Shown here: piece by piece, positions 1 through 8,999 of the stretch
Layout of the letters: each line of letters begins with the position of its first letter
How positions within the stretch are numbered: position 1 is the stretch's first letter
DNA from: an uncultured bacterium
Lineage (GTDB): Bacteria; Chlamydiota; Chlamydiia; Chlamydiales; SM23-39
DNA length: 64,000 bases
Reading direction: 5' to 3'
Assembly: GCA_963716985.1 (NCBI GenBank)
Contig: OY970323.1
Span: 2,001,280-2,065,279 of the forward strand
The notes under the pieces: model-generated
Told to the model about the DNA's origin: nothing
Databases searched by the model: none
What the model saw: only the letters and a program-made list of their open reading frames with translations
Translations under genes and position numbers: made by a program

Positions 1-1
1 C

Positions 2-1084
2 CTATTCCCCAAAACCATTCCCATCGGTCTTGCCTTTGGCATCCAACTCGTCGTGATCGAAAACCACTCCTTCGAAGTGGCCACTTTCCGTAAAGAGTCC
101 GACTACCTAGACGGAAGACATCCTTCCCACATCGAATTTTCCGATGCCAGACAGGATGCGATGCGACGGGATTTTACGATCAACGGCATGTTCTTCGACC
201 CCGTTAAAGAAGAGGTGTTGGATTTTGTCGAAGGAAAAAAAGATTTACAGAAAAAACTCCTACGCGCCATTGGCGATCCCGTCTCGCGGTTTCATGAAGA
301 TCGCCTGCGCATGATGCGAGCGGTGCGGCTTTCGACTAGGTTCGGCTTTTCTATTGAAAAGAAGACAAAAGAGGCCATACAGCGTTTTTCTCACGAGCTT
401 TTTCCCTCCGTTGCCGTTGAGCGGATCTGGCAGGAGCTTGTCAAAATGGATCTCTATCCCCATTTGAAAGAAGGGCTTATCTCTCTTTTTGCATTGGGCC
501 TTCTTACTGCAATTTTTCCAAAGCTATCCGATCTATCGAAAGATGAAATTGAAAAAAGGCTTTCTCGACTCGATAACTTTCCGAAAGCAGCTCCGTTGAT
601 TGCAAAAATTCTAGAGCTCTTTCCCTCTTTTTCTTTGGAAGAAGAGATCCACCTGTGCCAGTTTTTCAAACTCTCCAACAGCGAGGTCCGCTTTGTTCTT
701 CTTATGAATGAGGCCAAAAACCTCACGGACGAAAAAACCTCTCTTCAAGAATGGGCCCATTTTTATGCAAAAGAGGAAAGCTCTCTTGCACTCGCAATCC
801 ACTTCCTCCATTTTCCTTTAGAGGAAAAAAAACGCTTACTTATTGCAGATGAAAAGAGAAAAAAAACTTTAGAAAAAGCCGTTCTTCGCATCCAAAAAAA
901 AGATCCCGTTTTGCAATCCGAATTCCTCAAAGCGCATGGCATCCCTCCCGGGAAAAAAATGGGCCTTCTTTTAAAAGAAGGGGAAAAGATTGCCATCGAA
1001 CAAAATCTAGACGATCCGTCCCAAGTGTTGGAAATGCTCAAGAAAACAGCTCTTTGGTCTCAAGAAGACAATGCATGTAAATGA
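2..1084 (+). CDS. cca: CCA-adding tRNA nucleotidyltransferase / poly(A) polymerase family (5'-truncated by window)
   Basis: Motifs EVATFR, DAMRRDFTINGMF and EDRLRMMRAVR; the frame stays open to the window start (LFPKTIPIGLAFG...). Confidence 0.85.
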   Translation, partial: LFPKTIPIGLAFGIQLVVIENHSFEVATFRKESDYLDGRHPSHIEFSDARQDAMRRDFTINGMFFDPVKEEVLDFVEGKKDLQKKLLRAIGDPVSRFHEDRLRMMRAVRLSTRFGFSIEKKTKEAIQRFSHELFPSVAVERIWQELVKMDLYPHLKEGLISLFALGLLTAIFPKLSDLSKDEIEKRLSRLDNFPKAAPLIAKILELFPSFSLEEEIHLCQFFKLSNSEVRFVLLMNEAKNLTDEKTSLQEWAHFYAKEESSLALAIHFLHFPLEEKKRLLIADEKRKKTLEKAVLRIQKKDPVLQSEFLKAHGIPPGKKMGLLLKEGEKIAIEQNLDDPSQVLEMLKKTALWSQEDNACK

Positions 1085-1177
1085 GGCAGGGCCTCCTTTG
1101 CGCGATCCCCCATCGACTCATCCAAGAGAGCTCTCGTGTGATTGCAACGGCATTAAAATACATTGCACATAAACCAC

Positions 1178-1186
1178 TGTTATAAT
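1178..1186 (+). promoter_or_regulatory. Putative extended -10 promoter element (TGTTATAAT) for the YVTN gene
   Basis: Perfect TGnTATAAT about 20 bp before ATG 1207; no well-spaced -35. Confidence 0.35.
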
Positions 1187-1206
1187 AATTTTTTTAGGAC
1201 AAAAAC

Positions 1207-2517
1207 ATGAAAACCTTTTCACAAGGCAAAAACATGGGAAAAAAGTTCATTGATATTTTTCAAATCTTTGAAAAAAAATTCTGTTGCAGCGTGCCGTTCT
1301 TTCTCGTTCTCCTATTGTTATCCTGCAGCAATGTTTTTGCAAATGCTCTTTACGTGGCAAATTCTTTCACCAATAACGTCCGCGTTGTCGACACAACGAC
1401 GAACACAATAGTTGGCCCTGCGATTGCCGTTGGAAATCACCCCTTTGGAATTGCGATGACCCCCGATGGTAGCTTTGCCTATGTGTCGTGCCTTGTAACG
1501 AATAACGTCTATGTCATTAACACGAAGACGAACACGGTGGTCGGGGCTCCAATTCCTGACGGCTCCGGACCCTACTTCGGAATAGTCGTTACCCCTGATG
1601 GGCGTTTTGTCTATGTAGCAAATTATACCGGCAATTCTGTCACTGTCATCAGTACGGCAACAAATAGCGTGATTGCTACGATCCCATCTGTTGGGGCCAA
1701 CCCTTTTGGAATTGCGCTTACCCCCGACGGAAAATTCCTCTATGTAGCAAATAATGGCGCTAACAATGTTACTCTCATCAATACAGCAACGAACACGGTG
1801 GTCGGTACGATAACTGTCGGTTTGAATCCATTCGGAATAACGATTGCCCCTAATGGACGTTTTGCTTATGTGGCAAATAGTAATAGCAGCACCGTTTCCG
1901 TCATTAGCACGATAACCAATATGGTAGTTGCCACGATACCTGTCGGTGTTTATCCCTATAGCCTTGCGGTTACCCCTGATGGACTCCATGTCTATGTGAC
2001 GGACTCCACTGCGGGTACTGTCAGTATTATCGATACTATGACAAATACAGTCATTGATCCTCCCATACCCGTTGGTGTTGGACCCACTCAAGTTGTGATT
2101 TCCCCTGATGGAAGTACTGTGTATGTGACAAATTATTTTAACCCCAGCACCGTCTCTGTCATCAGTACGGCAACAAATACGGTAGTTACCACAATCGGCG
2201 GTTTCTCTGAAGCCGATGCGATGGCGCTCAACCCTTTAGTGCCTCCTCTAGGTTTTATCGGCAGACAGAAAAAGAATGATTTTGGATTTGAATATGAAGT
2301 GGTCAATCATTTGGAGTGGACGGCAGGCCCAACCTATGGGCTCAATATCAGTGGTTATTTTCTTTATCGCAATGGAGTCAAAATTGCGACTCTGGATGGC
2401 TTCACATTTCAATATAACGATCGTTTCAGAAACAAAGGCAGCCACGCAACCTATACAATCACTGCATTTAATGCGGTTGGCCTTGAAAGCGCCCCTGTCA
2501 GTGTTAACGTCCCGTAA
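1207..2517 (+). CDS. Secreted YVTN/YncE-type beta-propeller protein with C-terminal Fn3-like domain
   Basis: Hydrophobic signal region, about 7 repeats of (P.GIA.TPDG.F.YVAN...N.VSVI.T.TNTVV), then a ~90-aa domain with W...GYFLYRNG...Y.ITAFN..G.ES; start may be 1234. Confidence 0.85.
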   Translation: MKTFSQGKNMGKKFIDIFQIFEKKFCCSVPFFLVLLLLSCSNVFANALYVANSFTNNVRVVDTTTNTIVGPAIAVGNHPFGIAMTPDGSFAYVSCLVTNNVYVINTKTNTVVGAPIPDGSGPYFGIVVTPDGRFVYVANYTGNSVTVISTATNSVIATIPSVGANPFGIALTPDGKFLYVANNGANNVTLINTATNTVVGTITVGLNPFGITIAPNGRFAYVANSNSSTVSVISTITNMVVATIPVGVYPYSLAVTPDGLHVYVTDSTAGTVSIIDTMTNTVIDPPIPVGVGPTQVVISPDGSTVYVTNYFNPSTVSVISTATNTVVTTIGGFSEADAMALNPLVPPLGFIGRQKKNDFGFEYEVVNHLEWTAGPTYGLNISGYFLYRNGVKIATLDGFTFQYNDRFRNKGSHATYTITAFNAVGLESAPVSVNVP

Positions 2518-2573
2518 GGAGATTGACGCATCATCGATAGGTCCAGCGGACCCCCTTGCTTTTTTAGGAAATC

Positions 2574-4445
2574 TTAACAGACGCGAATGACCATCAGGGT
2601 GATATCGTCATATTGAGGCATGCCTTTGGTGAATTCAGTGATCTCTTCGATGAGAGAGGCCGTCCATTCCTCCGATGTTTTTTTATCGTTGTAGAGCAAG
2701 AAGTTTTTCAGACGATTCCTTCCAAAGGCTTCTTTTTCCCGGTTGATGGCATCAAAAACTCCATCGGTATAAAGGAAGAGCAGATCTCCCTTTTCTAATG
2801 GAATCGACTGAAAGGGATAGGAATTTTCCGTTTCCACTCCCAATGCCATGGAAGAGGCTTGCAATTCGATGAGGGTGCGGTCCTTTTTTTTCAAGAAGGA
2901 AGGATAGTGGCCTGCGCTGGCATAGTGAAGGATCTTTTTTTTCGGGTCATACAATCCCATCCAAAGAGTGACAAAGATGCCGCTGTCCTGACTATCTTGG
3001 CAGAAGAGCTGATTGGTTTTCGAAAGAATTTCGGAGAGGTTGGAGGAGTCCTGAGCAAATGCGCGAACCATGCTGCGGATCGATAGAGAATAGAGGCAAG
3101 CGGATATGCCCTTGCCGGAGGTATCTGCCATCACCATTGCGATGGAATCTTTTTGGGAAAAAAGATCATAAAAATCTCCCCCCACTTCTTTTGCGGGAAG
3201 ATAGGAGCTTGCCACGTCAAATTCTTCAAAATTGGGAAGGTGGGAGCCAATGAGATTTTCCTGGATTTCGGTTCCGATTTTGAGCTCGTTTTGATAAATC
3301 TCCTTTTGCAGCATTTCCGCTTCGGCCCTATTTTGATGCTCGATGACGGAGTCGATCATGTGGTTGAAGGATTTTCCAAGAACGTTGATCTCAAAGCCCA
3401 AAGAATCCGGAACAAAACGAGCGCTTATATCTCCTCCGGAAACTCTTTCCATCGTCGCATACAAAGAGCGCAAAGGGCGGGAGACGCGCCAGACGATCAA
3501 CAGGGCAATGCCGCCTCCGATCACGACGAAGGATGCAAGAAGAAGAAAAATTTCCGTCCAGTAACGGCTGGCAATCAGATCGGAAAAAGAGCCCTCCTGA
3601 ATCGTTACCATAAGAGAGCCCTTCGGAATACGAAGGGCCTCGAGATTTGCCAGCAAATCCTGACCTTTTCCCATCTTGATAATATAGCCATCCTCCACCT
3701 TTTTCACGGGCTGAAGGGGAAGGTCTTTTCCCAGTGTTTTCCCTTCGAGCGAGGAAGAAGAGCTGACGATAATTTTATCTTGCTCATCTATGAAAGAAAG
3801 GTCCAGGTGGTAATAAAGAGGGATGGAAATCTGCAAGCTTTCAATCACAAAAGAAGCGGGAGCGGCAGAGATGAGCAGGCCCTTCGGCACGCCATTTTGA
3901 AAAATCGTTTTCGTTACGTAGAGGTGGTGGTCTTGATCATTCAGATCCTTGCCGAAGTAGGCAAAAGAGGTTTGAGAAAATGCCTTTTGCAAAAATTCAC
4001 TGCCGGAAAAATATGGATCGTTCTTTTCGCTCATGGAGGAAAAAACACATCTCCAGTTGCGGCCGTCTGGCACCAGATAAAAAACGTTTGAAGGAAGCGT
4101 CTGCTGCGAGGGCCAGCGATCCTTCCATTGAAGAATGAGCGCCTCTCTTGTCTCCTCCCAGTGCAGCGATTGGGCAACCAGTTCCAAGATTTCTTTTTGC
4201 AGCTCGATCGTTTTTTCAACGAAATGGGCCCTTCCCTCAACAAAAAACCCGAGAGAAATCAAGATATCTTTCACCTCTTCCTGATAGCGGTGCTTATAGT
4301 TCAAAAGGCTATGAAAAAAGAGCGGAAAGACAAGAAAGATCAGGCTCGCAAAAAAAACCCGAATCGCAAGCGAAAAGTGCAGACGCCTTTTCCCCTTCTC
4401 GCTCTTTTCAGAAAATTCTTTGGGCAATATTGAAAAATGCTTCAT
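2574..4445 (-). CDS. rsbU: RsbU-like sensor phosphatase (2 TM, periplasmic domain, HAMP, PP2C/SpoIIE)
   Basis: EVGGDFYD, ADTSGKG, LYTDGV and DDIT motifs; HAMP (RPLRSL...EINVLGKSFNHM); near eno as in Chlamydia. Confidence 0.85.
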   Translation of the reverse strand: MKHFSILPKEFSEKSEKGKRRLHFSLAIRVFFASLIFLVFPLFFHSLLNYKHRYQEEVKDILISLGFFVEGRAHFVEKTIELQKEILELVAQSLHWEETREALILQWKDRWPSQQTLPSNVFYLVPDGRNWRCVFSSMSEKNDPYFSGSEFLQKAFSQTSFAYFGKDLNDQDHHLYVTKTIFQNGVPKGLLISAAPASFVIESLQISIPLYYHLDLSFIDEQDKIIVSSSSSLEGKTLGKDLPLQPVKKVEDGYIIKMGKGQDLLANLEALRIPKGSLMVTIQEGSFSDLIASRYWTEIFLLLASFVVIGGGIALLIVWRVSRPLRSLYATMERVSGGDISARFVPDSLGFEINVLGKSFNHMIDSVIEHQNRAEAEMLQKEIYQNELKIGTEIQENLIGSHLPNFEEFDVASSYLPAKEVGGDFYDLFSQKDSIAMVMADTSGKGISACLYSLSIRSMVRAFAQDSSNLSEILSKTNQLFCQDSQDSGIFVTLWMGLYDPKKKILHYASAGHYPSFLKKKDRTLIELQASSMALGVETENSYPFQSIPLEKGDLLFLYTDGVFDAINREKEAFGRNRLKNFLLYNDKKTSEEWTASLIEEITEFTKGMPQYDDITLMVIRVC

Positions 4446-4469
4446 ACTATGGGAGTGGGCCTTTTTCGC

Positions 4470-5216
4470 ATGATAACAAAAAAAATTGAGAGTTTACAAC
4501 ACCCAATCGTCAAACACCTCGTCAAGCTCAGAGAAAATCGCGCTTGGAGAGAAGAGACAAAACGCGTGTTGATCTTTGGGAAAAAAATGGTGCGCGAGGT
4601 CGCACAAATCGCACCTATCCATACCCTTCTCGTCTCTTCCGACGACCTTGTAGAGGATTGGAAAAGCGACACTCTTTATCGCACATCTTCTTCGGTCATG
4701 AAAAAAATTACGGGGATGAGCGCACCGGAGGGCATTGCCGCAGAGGTATCCCTTCCCCCCTCGCAAGATCTATCGTGTAAAAACTACCTTCTGGTTCTCG
4801 ACAGAATTGCAGATCCCGGCAATATGGGAACGTTGCTCAGGTCCGCTCTTGCGCTCGGGTGGGAAGGAGCACTACTCCTTGAAGGATGCGTCGATCCTTT
4901 CCATGAAAAGGCCCTTCGTGCCTCTATGGGAGCGAGCTTTTTTTTGCCCCTCTGTTTTTTTTCCGAGCAAGATCTTGCCGACCTTCTCGCTAAAAAGGGA
5001 TTTCATGGATATCTCGCAGACCTGCAAGGCGAGGCGGTTTCCGATCTCTCCTTTACAGCTCCCCTGCTGCTCATTTTGAGCAGCGAGGCGCATGGCCCTT
5101 CTGCATTTGCCGAAAAATTGTGCCGAAAGGTGTGCATCCCTATGAAAAAAAACGTAGATTCGCTCAACGTCTCGGTCGCCGGCGGCATCCTGATGTATGA
5201 GATGAGGCGCGCATGA
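4470..5216 (+). CDS. TrmH/SpoU family RNA methyltransferase
   Basis: DPGNMGTLLRSA, SEAHG and DSLNVSVAGGI SPOUT motifs; ATG 4470 (MITKKIESL) preferred to 4437, which would overlap rsbU. Confidence 0.9.
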   Translation: MITKKIESLQHPIVKHLVKLRENRAWREETKRVLIFGKKMVREVAQIAPIHTLLVSSDDLVEDWKSDTLYRTSSSVMKKITGMSAPEGIAAEVSLPPSQDLSCKNYLLVLDRIADPGNMGTLLRSALALGWEGALLLEGCVDPFHEKALRASMGASFFLPLCFFSEQDLADLLAKKGFHGYLADLQGEAVSDLSFTAPLLLILSSEAHGPSAFAEKLCRKVCIPMKKNVDSLNVSVAGGILMYEMRRA

Positions 5217-6280
5217 GTCATTTCGACATCGAAGAAGATTTTTTTCGCGATCGCAAAGAGTATAAAAGAAAGCGAAAACGCAAACAGAGGCTCGACCGCT
5301 CCAAGTTCAAAAAAAGCGATCAGAAAACAGCTGAAAAAAAAGATCTTTCTGCCGATCTGTTGCGCGGAAGAGTTCTTTCCATCCAGGGAGAAGCCATACT
5401 CGTTGCCACTTCCGATGAGGAGTTTTTCTGCTCCCTTCGAGGCCTTTTGAAAAAGAAACGAACCGATCACAAAAACCTGCTCGCGGTCGGCGATTTTGTC
5501 CATTTTTCCAAAAATGATCTTGCCATCGAATACGTAGAAGAGAGGAGATCCTTTCTTTCGCGGCAGGATATGGTGAGAAAAAAGATGCAGATCATCGCCG
5601 TCAATATCGACCAGGTGCTCATCACCACCTCGATTGTAGAGCCCACCTTAAAGCCCTCTCTTGTGGACCGCTATATCATCGCGGCCAGAAAAGGAAATAT
5701 GAACGCTCTGATCATCGTCAATAAGATCGATCTTCTTCCGAAAGCTTCGGAAGAAGAAAAGTGGATCTATGAGGAGTTCGTCCGCACTTTTTCCGCTCTT
5801 GGCTACCCCCTCTTTTGCGTCAGCACCCGTACGGAGGAGGGAGTCGACAAGCTGGTTACCGCCATGAAAGATAAAGCCTCGGTATTTGCAGGCCAATCGG
5901 GCGTGGGAAAAACCTCTTTGATCAACTTCATTGAAAAGAAAAATCTCAAAACACTTTCCTTAACCAAAAAGACAAGAAAGGGAAGCCATGCCACCACAAA
6001 AGCAGAGCTCATTCCCCTAACAAACGGCGGCTTTTGCATCGACACTCCCGGCATTCGGAGCTTTGGCATATGGAAGCTGGAGAAAAAAGATCTCATCGAA
6101 CATTTCTTCGAGATGATTCCCTTTAGCAAAAAATGCCGCTATACCGACTGCTCGCACAGATCCGAGCCTCGGTGCATGGTCAGGAAAGCCGTAGAGAAGG
6201 GAGCCATCTCTTCCTTGCGTTTTGATTCCTATTTAAGTTTAATGGAAAGCATAGAACATCCAACGGAAGAAAGATTATGA
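5213..6280 (+). CDS. rsgA: Ribosome small subunit-dependent GTPase A
   Basis: Circularly permuted GTPase: [18 protein letters not shown], and C-terminal CRYTDCSH...C zinc finger. Confidence 0.95.
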   Translation: MSHFDIEEDFFRDRKEYKRKRKRKQRLDRSKFKKSDQKTAEKKDLSADLLRGRVLSIQGEAILVATSDEEFFCSLRGLLKKKRTDHKNLLAVGDFVHFSKNDLAIEYVEERRSFLSRQDMVRKKMQIIAVNIDQVLITTSIVEPTLKPSLVDRYIIAARKGNMNALIIVNKIDLLPKASEEEKWIYEEFVRTFSALGYPLFCVSTRTEEGVDKLVTAMKDKASVFAGQSGVGKTSLINFIEKKNLKTLSLTKKTRKGSHATTKAELIPLTNGGFCIDTPGIRSFGIWKLEKKDLIEHFFEMIPFSKKCRYTDCSHRSEPRCMVRKAVEKGAISSLRFDSYLSLMESIEHPTEERL

Positions 6281-7554
6281 GCGATATTTCCTCTCTTCAT
6301 GCAATTGAAATACTCGATTCTCGAGGCAATCCAACGGTAGAAGTGGTTTTGACCACGCAAAAGGGAACCGTTGTACGATCAAAAATTCCCTCCGGCGCAT
6401 CTACCGGCGCGCATGAAGCGATCGAACTGAGAGACAAAGATCCCAAAAGATATAGGGGCAAAGGAGTTCTCTTAGCTCTTTCTCACGTAAACGGACCACT
6501 TCATTCTCTTCTTTGCGGCCGATCCATCTTCGAGCAAGAGAAAAGAGATCTAGAGATGATTCAAGCCGATGGCACGCCCAACAAATCCCGCTTGGGCGCC
6601 AATGCCCTCTTGGGCGTCTCCCTTGCCATTGCCATGGCAGCAGCAGCGGAAAGAGGACAGCCTCTCTACCGCTATCTTCTTCAGGGAAAAGAAATCTGCC
6701 TTCCCTGCCCCATGATGAATATTCTCAACGGAGGCGCGCATGCCGACAATCTTCTCGAGATACAAGAGTTCATGATCCGCCCGATCGGAGCCTCTTCGTT
6801 CAAAGAAGCCGTGCGCATGGGAAGCGAGGTATTCCATACTTTACAATCGATTCTCAAGAAAAAGGGGTATGCTACAGCAGTCGGCGACGAGGGGGGCTTT
6901 GCACCCAAAATCTCTTCTGCCGAAGAAGCGCTCGATCTGATTTGTCTTGCCATTGAAACCGCAGGCTATCGTCTCAAACAAGAGATTTCTTTGGCGCTCG
7001 ACGTGGCGGCGTCGGAGTTTTTCGAAGGGGGAAAATACGTCGAGAAAAAGAAAGAAGCGCTTGGCTCTTCCTTTGCCAAACGCTCCTCCCAAGAGCAGAT
7101 CGACTATTTATCCTCTCTTTGCCGCAAATACCCGATCGATTCCATCGAAGACGGGTTGGATCAAAATGATTGGGATGGGTGGAAAAAGCTCACCGAACAG
7201 CTGGGCAAAAAAGTGCAAATTGTCGGTGACGACCTTTTCGTCACGAACAGCTCTTTTCTCAAAAAGGGCATCGAGACCAAGACAGCCAATGCCATCCTCA
7301 TCAAACTCAATCAAATCGGCACTCTTACCGAGACCATGCAAACCATCCACCTCGCCCAAAAAAATGGCTATAAAACCGTTATATCCCACAGATCGGGCGA
7401 AACGGAGGACACTTTTATTGCCGATCTTTCCGTTGCATGCAACGCCCGCCAGATCAAAACCGGCTCTCTTTGTAGATCCGACAGAGTCGCCAAATACAAC
7501 CGCCTTCTAGAAATTGAGGACGAGGTAGGGAAAGAGGCCAAATATTTTCGCTAG
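6277..7554 (+). CDS. eno: Enolase
   Basis: [38 protein letters not shown] and RVAKYNRLL. Confidence 0.98.
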   Translation: MSDISSLHAIEILDSRGNPTVEVVLTTQKGTVVRSKIPSGASTGAHEAIELRDKDPKRYRGKGVLLALSHVNGPLHSLLCGRSIFEQEKRDLEMIQADGTPNKSRLGANALLGVSLAIAMAAAAERGQPLYRYLLQGKEICLPCPMMNILNGGAHADNLLEIQEFMIRPIGASSFKEAVRMGSEVFHTLQSILKKKGYATAVGDEGGFAPKISSAEEALDLICLAIETAGYRLKQEISLALDVAASEFFEGGKYVEKKKEALGSSFAKRSSQEQIDYLSSLCRKYPIDSIEDGLDQNDWDGWKKLTEQLGKKVQIVGDDLFVTNSSFLKKGIETKTANAILIKLNQIGTLTETMQTIHLAQKNGYKTVISHRSGETEDTFIADLSVACNARQIKTGSLCRSDRVAKYNRLLEIEDEVGKEAKYFR

Positions 7555-7677
7555 ACTTTTATCTATCTTATATAGAAAGAGTTGTTCTTAAAAAAACCAC
7601 AGACTAAAAAATCCCCTTCGCTTCCTCTCATTGAAAAAAAATCCCCAACCTCTTATGGAAAGAAATAGGAGGGCAGA

Positions 7678-8055
7678 ATGTTGCATCTGATGGCGCTTTT
7701 TGGAGAGGCAGAGAGAGGGCCTCTTCACACTCCTGTGTTATTGCATTCGTTAGAAGATCTTCTCGAACGGGTGGGCATGCCACCCCAAGAAAGTTTGGGA
7801 GTATCTTTTGCCGTTCAAGCGCTTCTTTGCAAACACTCGCTTCTTTATTTTCGAGTAGACGAGGAGGGGTTTAGCAAAGAAGATTATCTCATTGGCCTTC
7901 ACCTGCTCTTACAGAAAAAAGAAAGACTCTCCGCCATCGGCCTTCCCAACGTTAGCGATGAAGAGATCATCCAAGCGGCAATTGCTCTTTGCGAAGAGAA
8001 CAAAGCGCTGCTTCTCACGACGGAAAAAGATTTTTATGATTATCTCACATCTTAA
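7678..8055 (+). CDS. Small conserved hypothetical protein (chlamydia-like; pattern resembles contractile tail sheath core)
   Basis: GGAGG RBS upstream; ALFGEAERG...YFRV.EEGF...GLP pattern recalled from a conserved chlamydial hypothetical protein. Confidence 0.7.
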   Translation: MLHLMALFGEAERGPLHTPVLLHSLEDLLERVGMPPQESLGVSFAVQALLCKHSLLYFRVDEEGFSKEDYLIGLHLLLQKKERLSAIGLPNVSDEEIIQAAIALCEENKALLLTTEKDFYDYLTS

Positions 8056-8684
8056 GAAAAATATTCTTCCGCTTTAGAAAGCCATGGTTCTTTTCCGATT
8101 TCCGTCTCGCCCCCATGACCCGGGATCACCCGCGTTCTTGGAGGAAGGAGAGAGAGCTTTTTGCAAGACCTCCACATTAACGAAGCGGAAGAGGTCGGCA
8201 GCGCAATCGTTCCGATGCATCCTTGGAAAAGGGTGTCGCCGGAGAGCAAAACCCTCTCTTCCGGAAGATAGAAACAGATGCTTCCCGGCGTATGGCCGGG
8301 AGTGTGCAAAACGCGAAGCAAAATTTTGCCCACGAAAAACTCCTCTCCATCTTTCAAAAAATGATCCGGCTTGCACCCCTCAACTTTTTTTACACTTGGA
8401 ATATGATCGCTTCCGGGATCTTCTAAATTCGGCGCATCTTTACGATGGATCCAGATCGGAAGTGATTTTTCCTTTTTAAAAAGACATGCCTCAAAAATAT
8501 GATCCCAATGAGAGTGGGTGAGTAAAACCTTCGTCAAAAGAAGTTGGTGCGCATCCGCAAAAGAAGGAACAGAGGAAAACGCCCCTTCCGCAGGATCGAC
8601 CACCACTGCCTCCTGTGTTTTTTCGCATCCTAAAAGGATGACGTTGTTTCGCAGAGGGCCGCATACGAATTTCTTTAAAATCAT
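8052..8684 (-). CDS. MBL-fold metallo-hydrolase (glyoxalase II-like)
   Basis: THSHWDH, HTPGHTPG, SGDTLF and PGHG motifs. Confidence 0.92.
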   Translation of the reverse strand: MILKKFVCGPLRNNVILLGCEKTQEAVVVDPAEGAFSSVPSFADAHQLLLTKVLLTHSHWDHIFEACLFKKEKSLPIWIHRKDAPNLEDPGSDHIPSVKKVEGCKPDHFLKDGEEFFVGKILLRVLHTPGHTPGSICFYLPEERVLLSGDTLFQGCIGTIALPTSSASLMWRSCKKLSLLPPRTRVIPGHGGETEIGKEPWLSKAEEYFS

Positions 8685-8763
8685 AAAAATGAGATCTTTG
8701 AATTCTTAAAATTCACTATACAAAAACAAGGAAAAACAACAAAGAATATCAGAACAAAAAAAG

Positions 8764-8837
8764 CGCACCGGAGAGGATTTGAACCTCTAACCGCCCGGTT
8801 CGTAGCCGGGTACTCTATCCAATTGAGCTACCGGTGC
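8764..8837 (-). tRNA. tRNA-Arg (anticodon ACG), 3' CCA not encoded
   Basis: Reverse complement GCACCGGTAGCTCAATTGGATAGAGTACCCGGCTACGAACCGGGCGGTTAGAGGTTCAAATCCTCTCCGGTGCG folds as a cloverleaf; anticodon stem CCCGG/CCGGG. Confidence 0.95.
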
Positions 8838-8999
8838 CTGTGGAAAGAGTATCATCCATGAGCTAGAGGGTTTAATTCAAGAAATTTTCCTGAAAAAAAT
8901 TCGCTATCTCAAGAAGAGAGCAAAGAAACTTAATTGCTCTCTTCAAAACAAGATTTAAAAAAATTTCTTTGCTCGCCACTCTGAGCCAAGAAAAAACTT

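Noticed and set aside
1318-2091. 257-aa antisense ORF
   Set aside because: Shadow of the YVTN repeat gene
2540-2566. GGTCC-AGC-GGACC hairpin as terminator between the YVTN gene and rsbU
   Set aside because: Only a 5-bp stem with a 3-nt loop, and the U-tract is not adjacent
3153-4091. 312-aa plus-strand ORF
   Set aside because: Entirely antisense to the well-supported rsbU; no motifs
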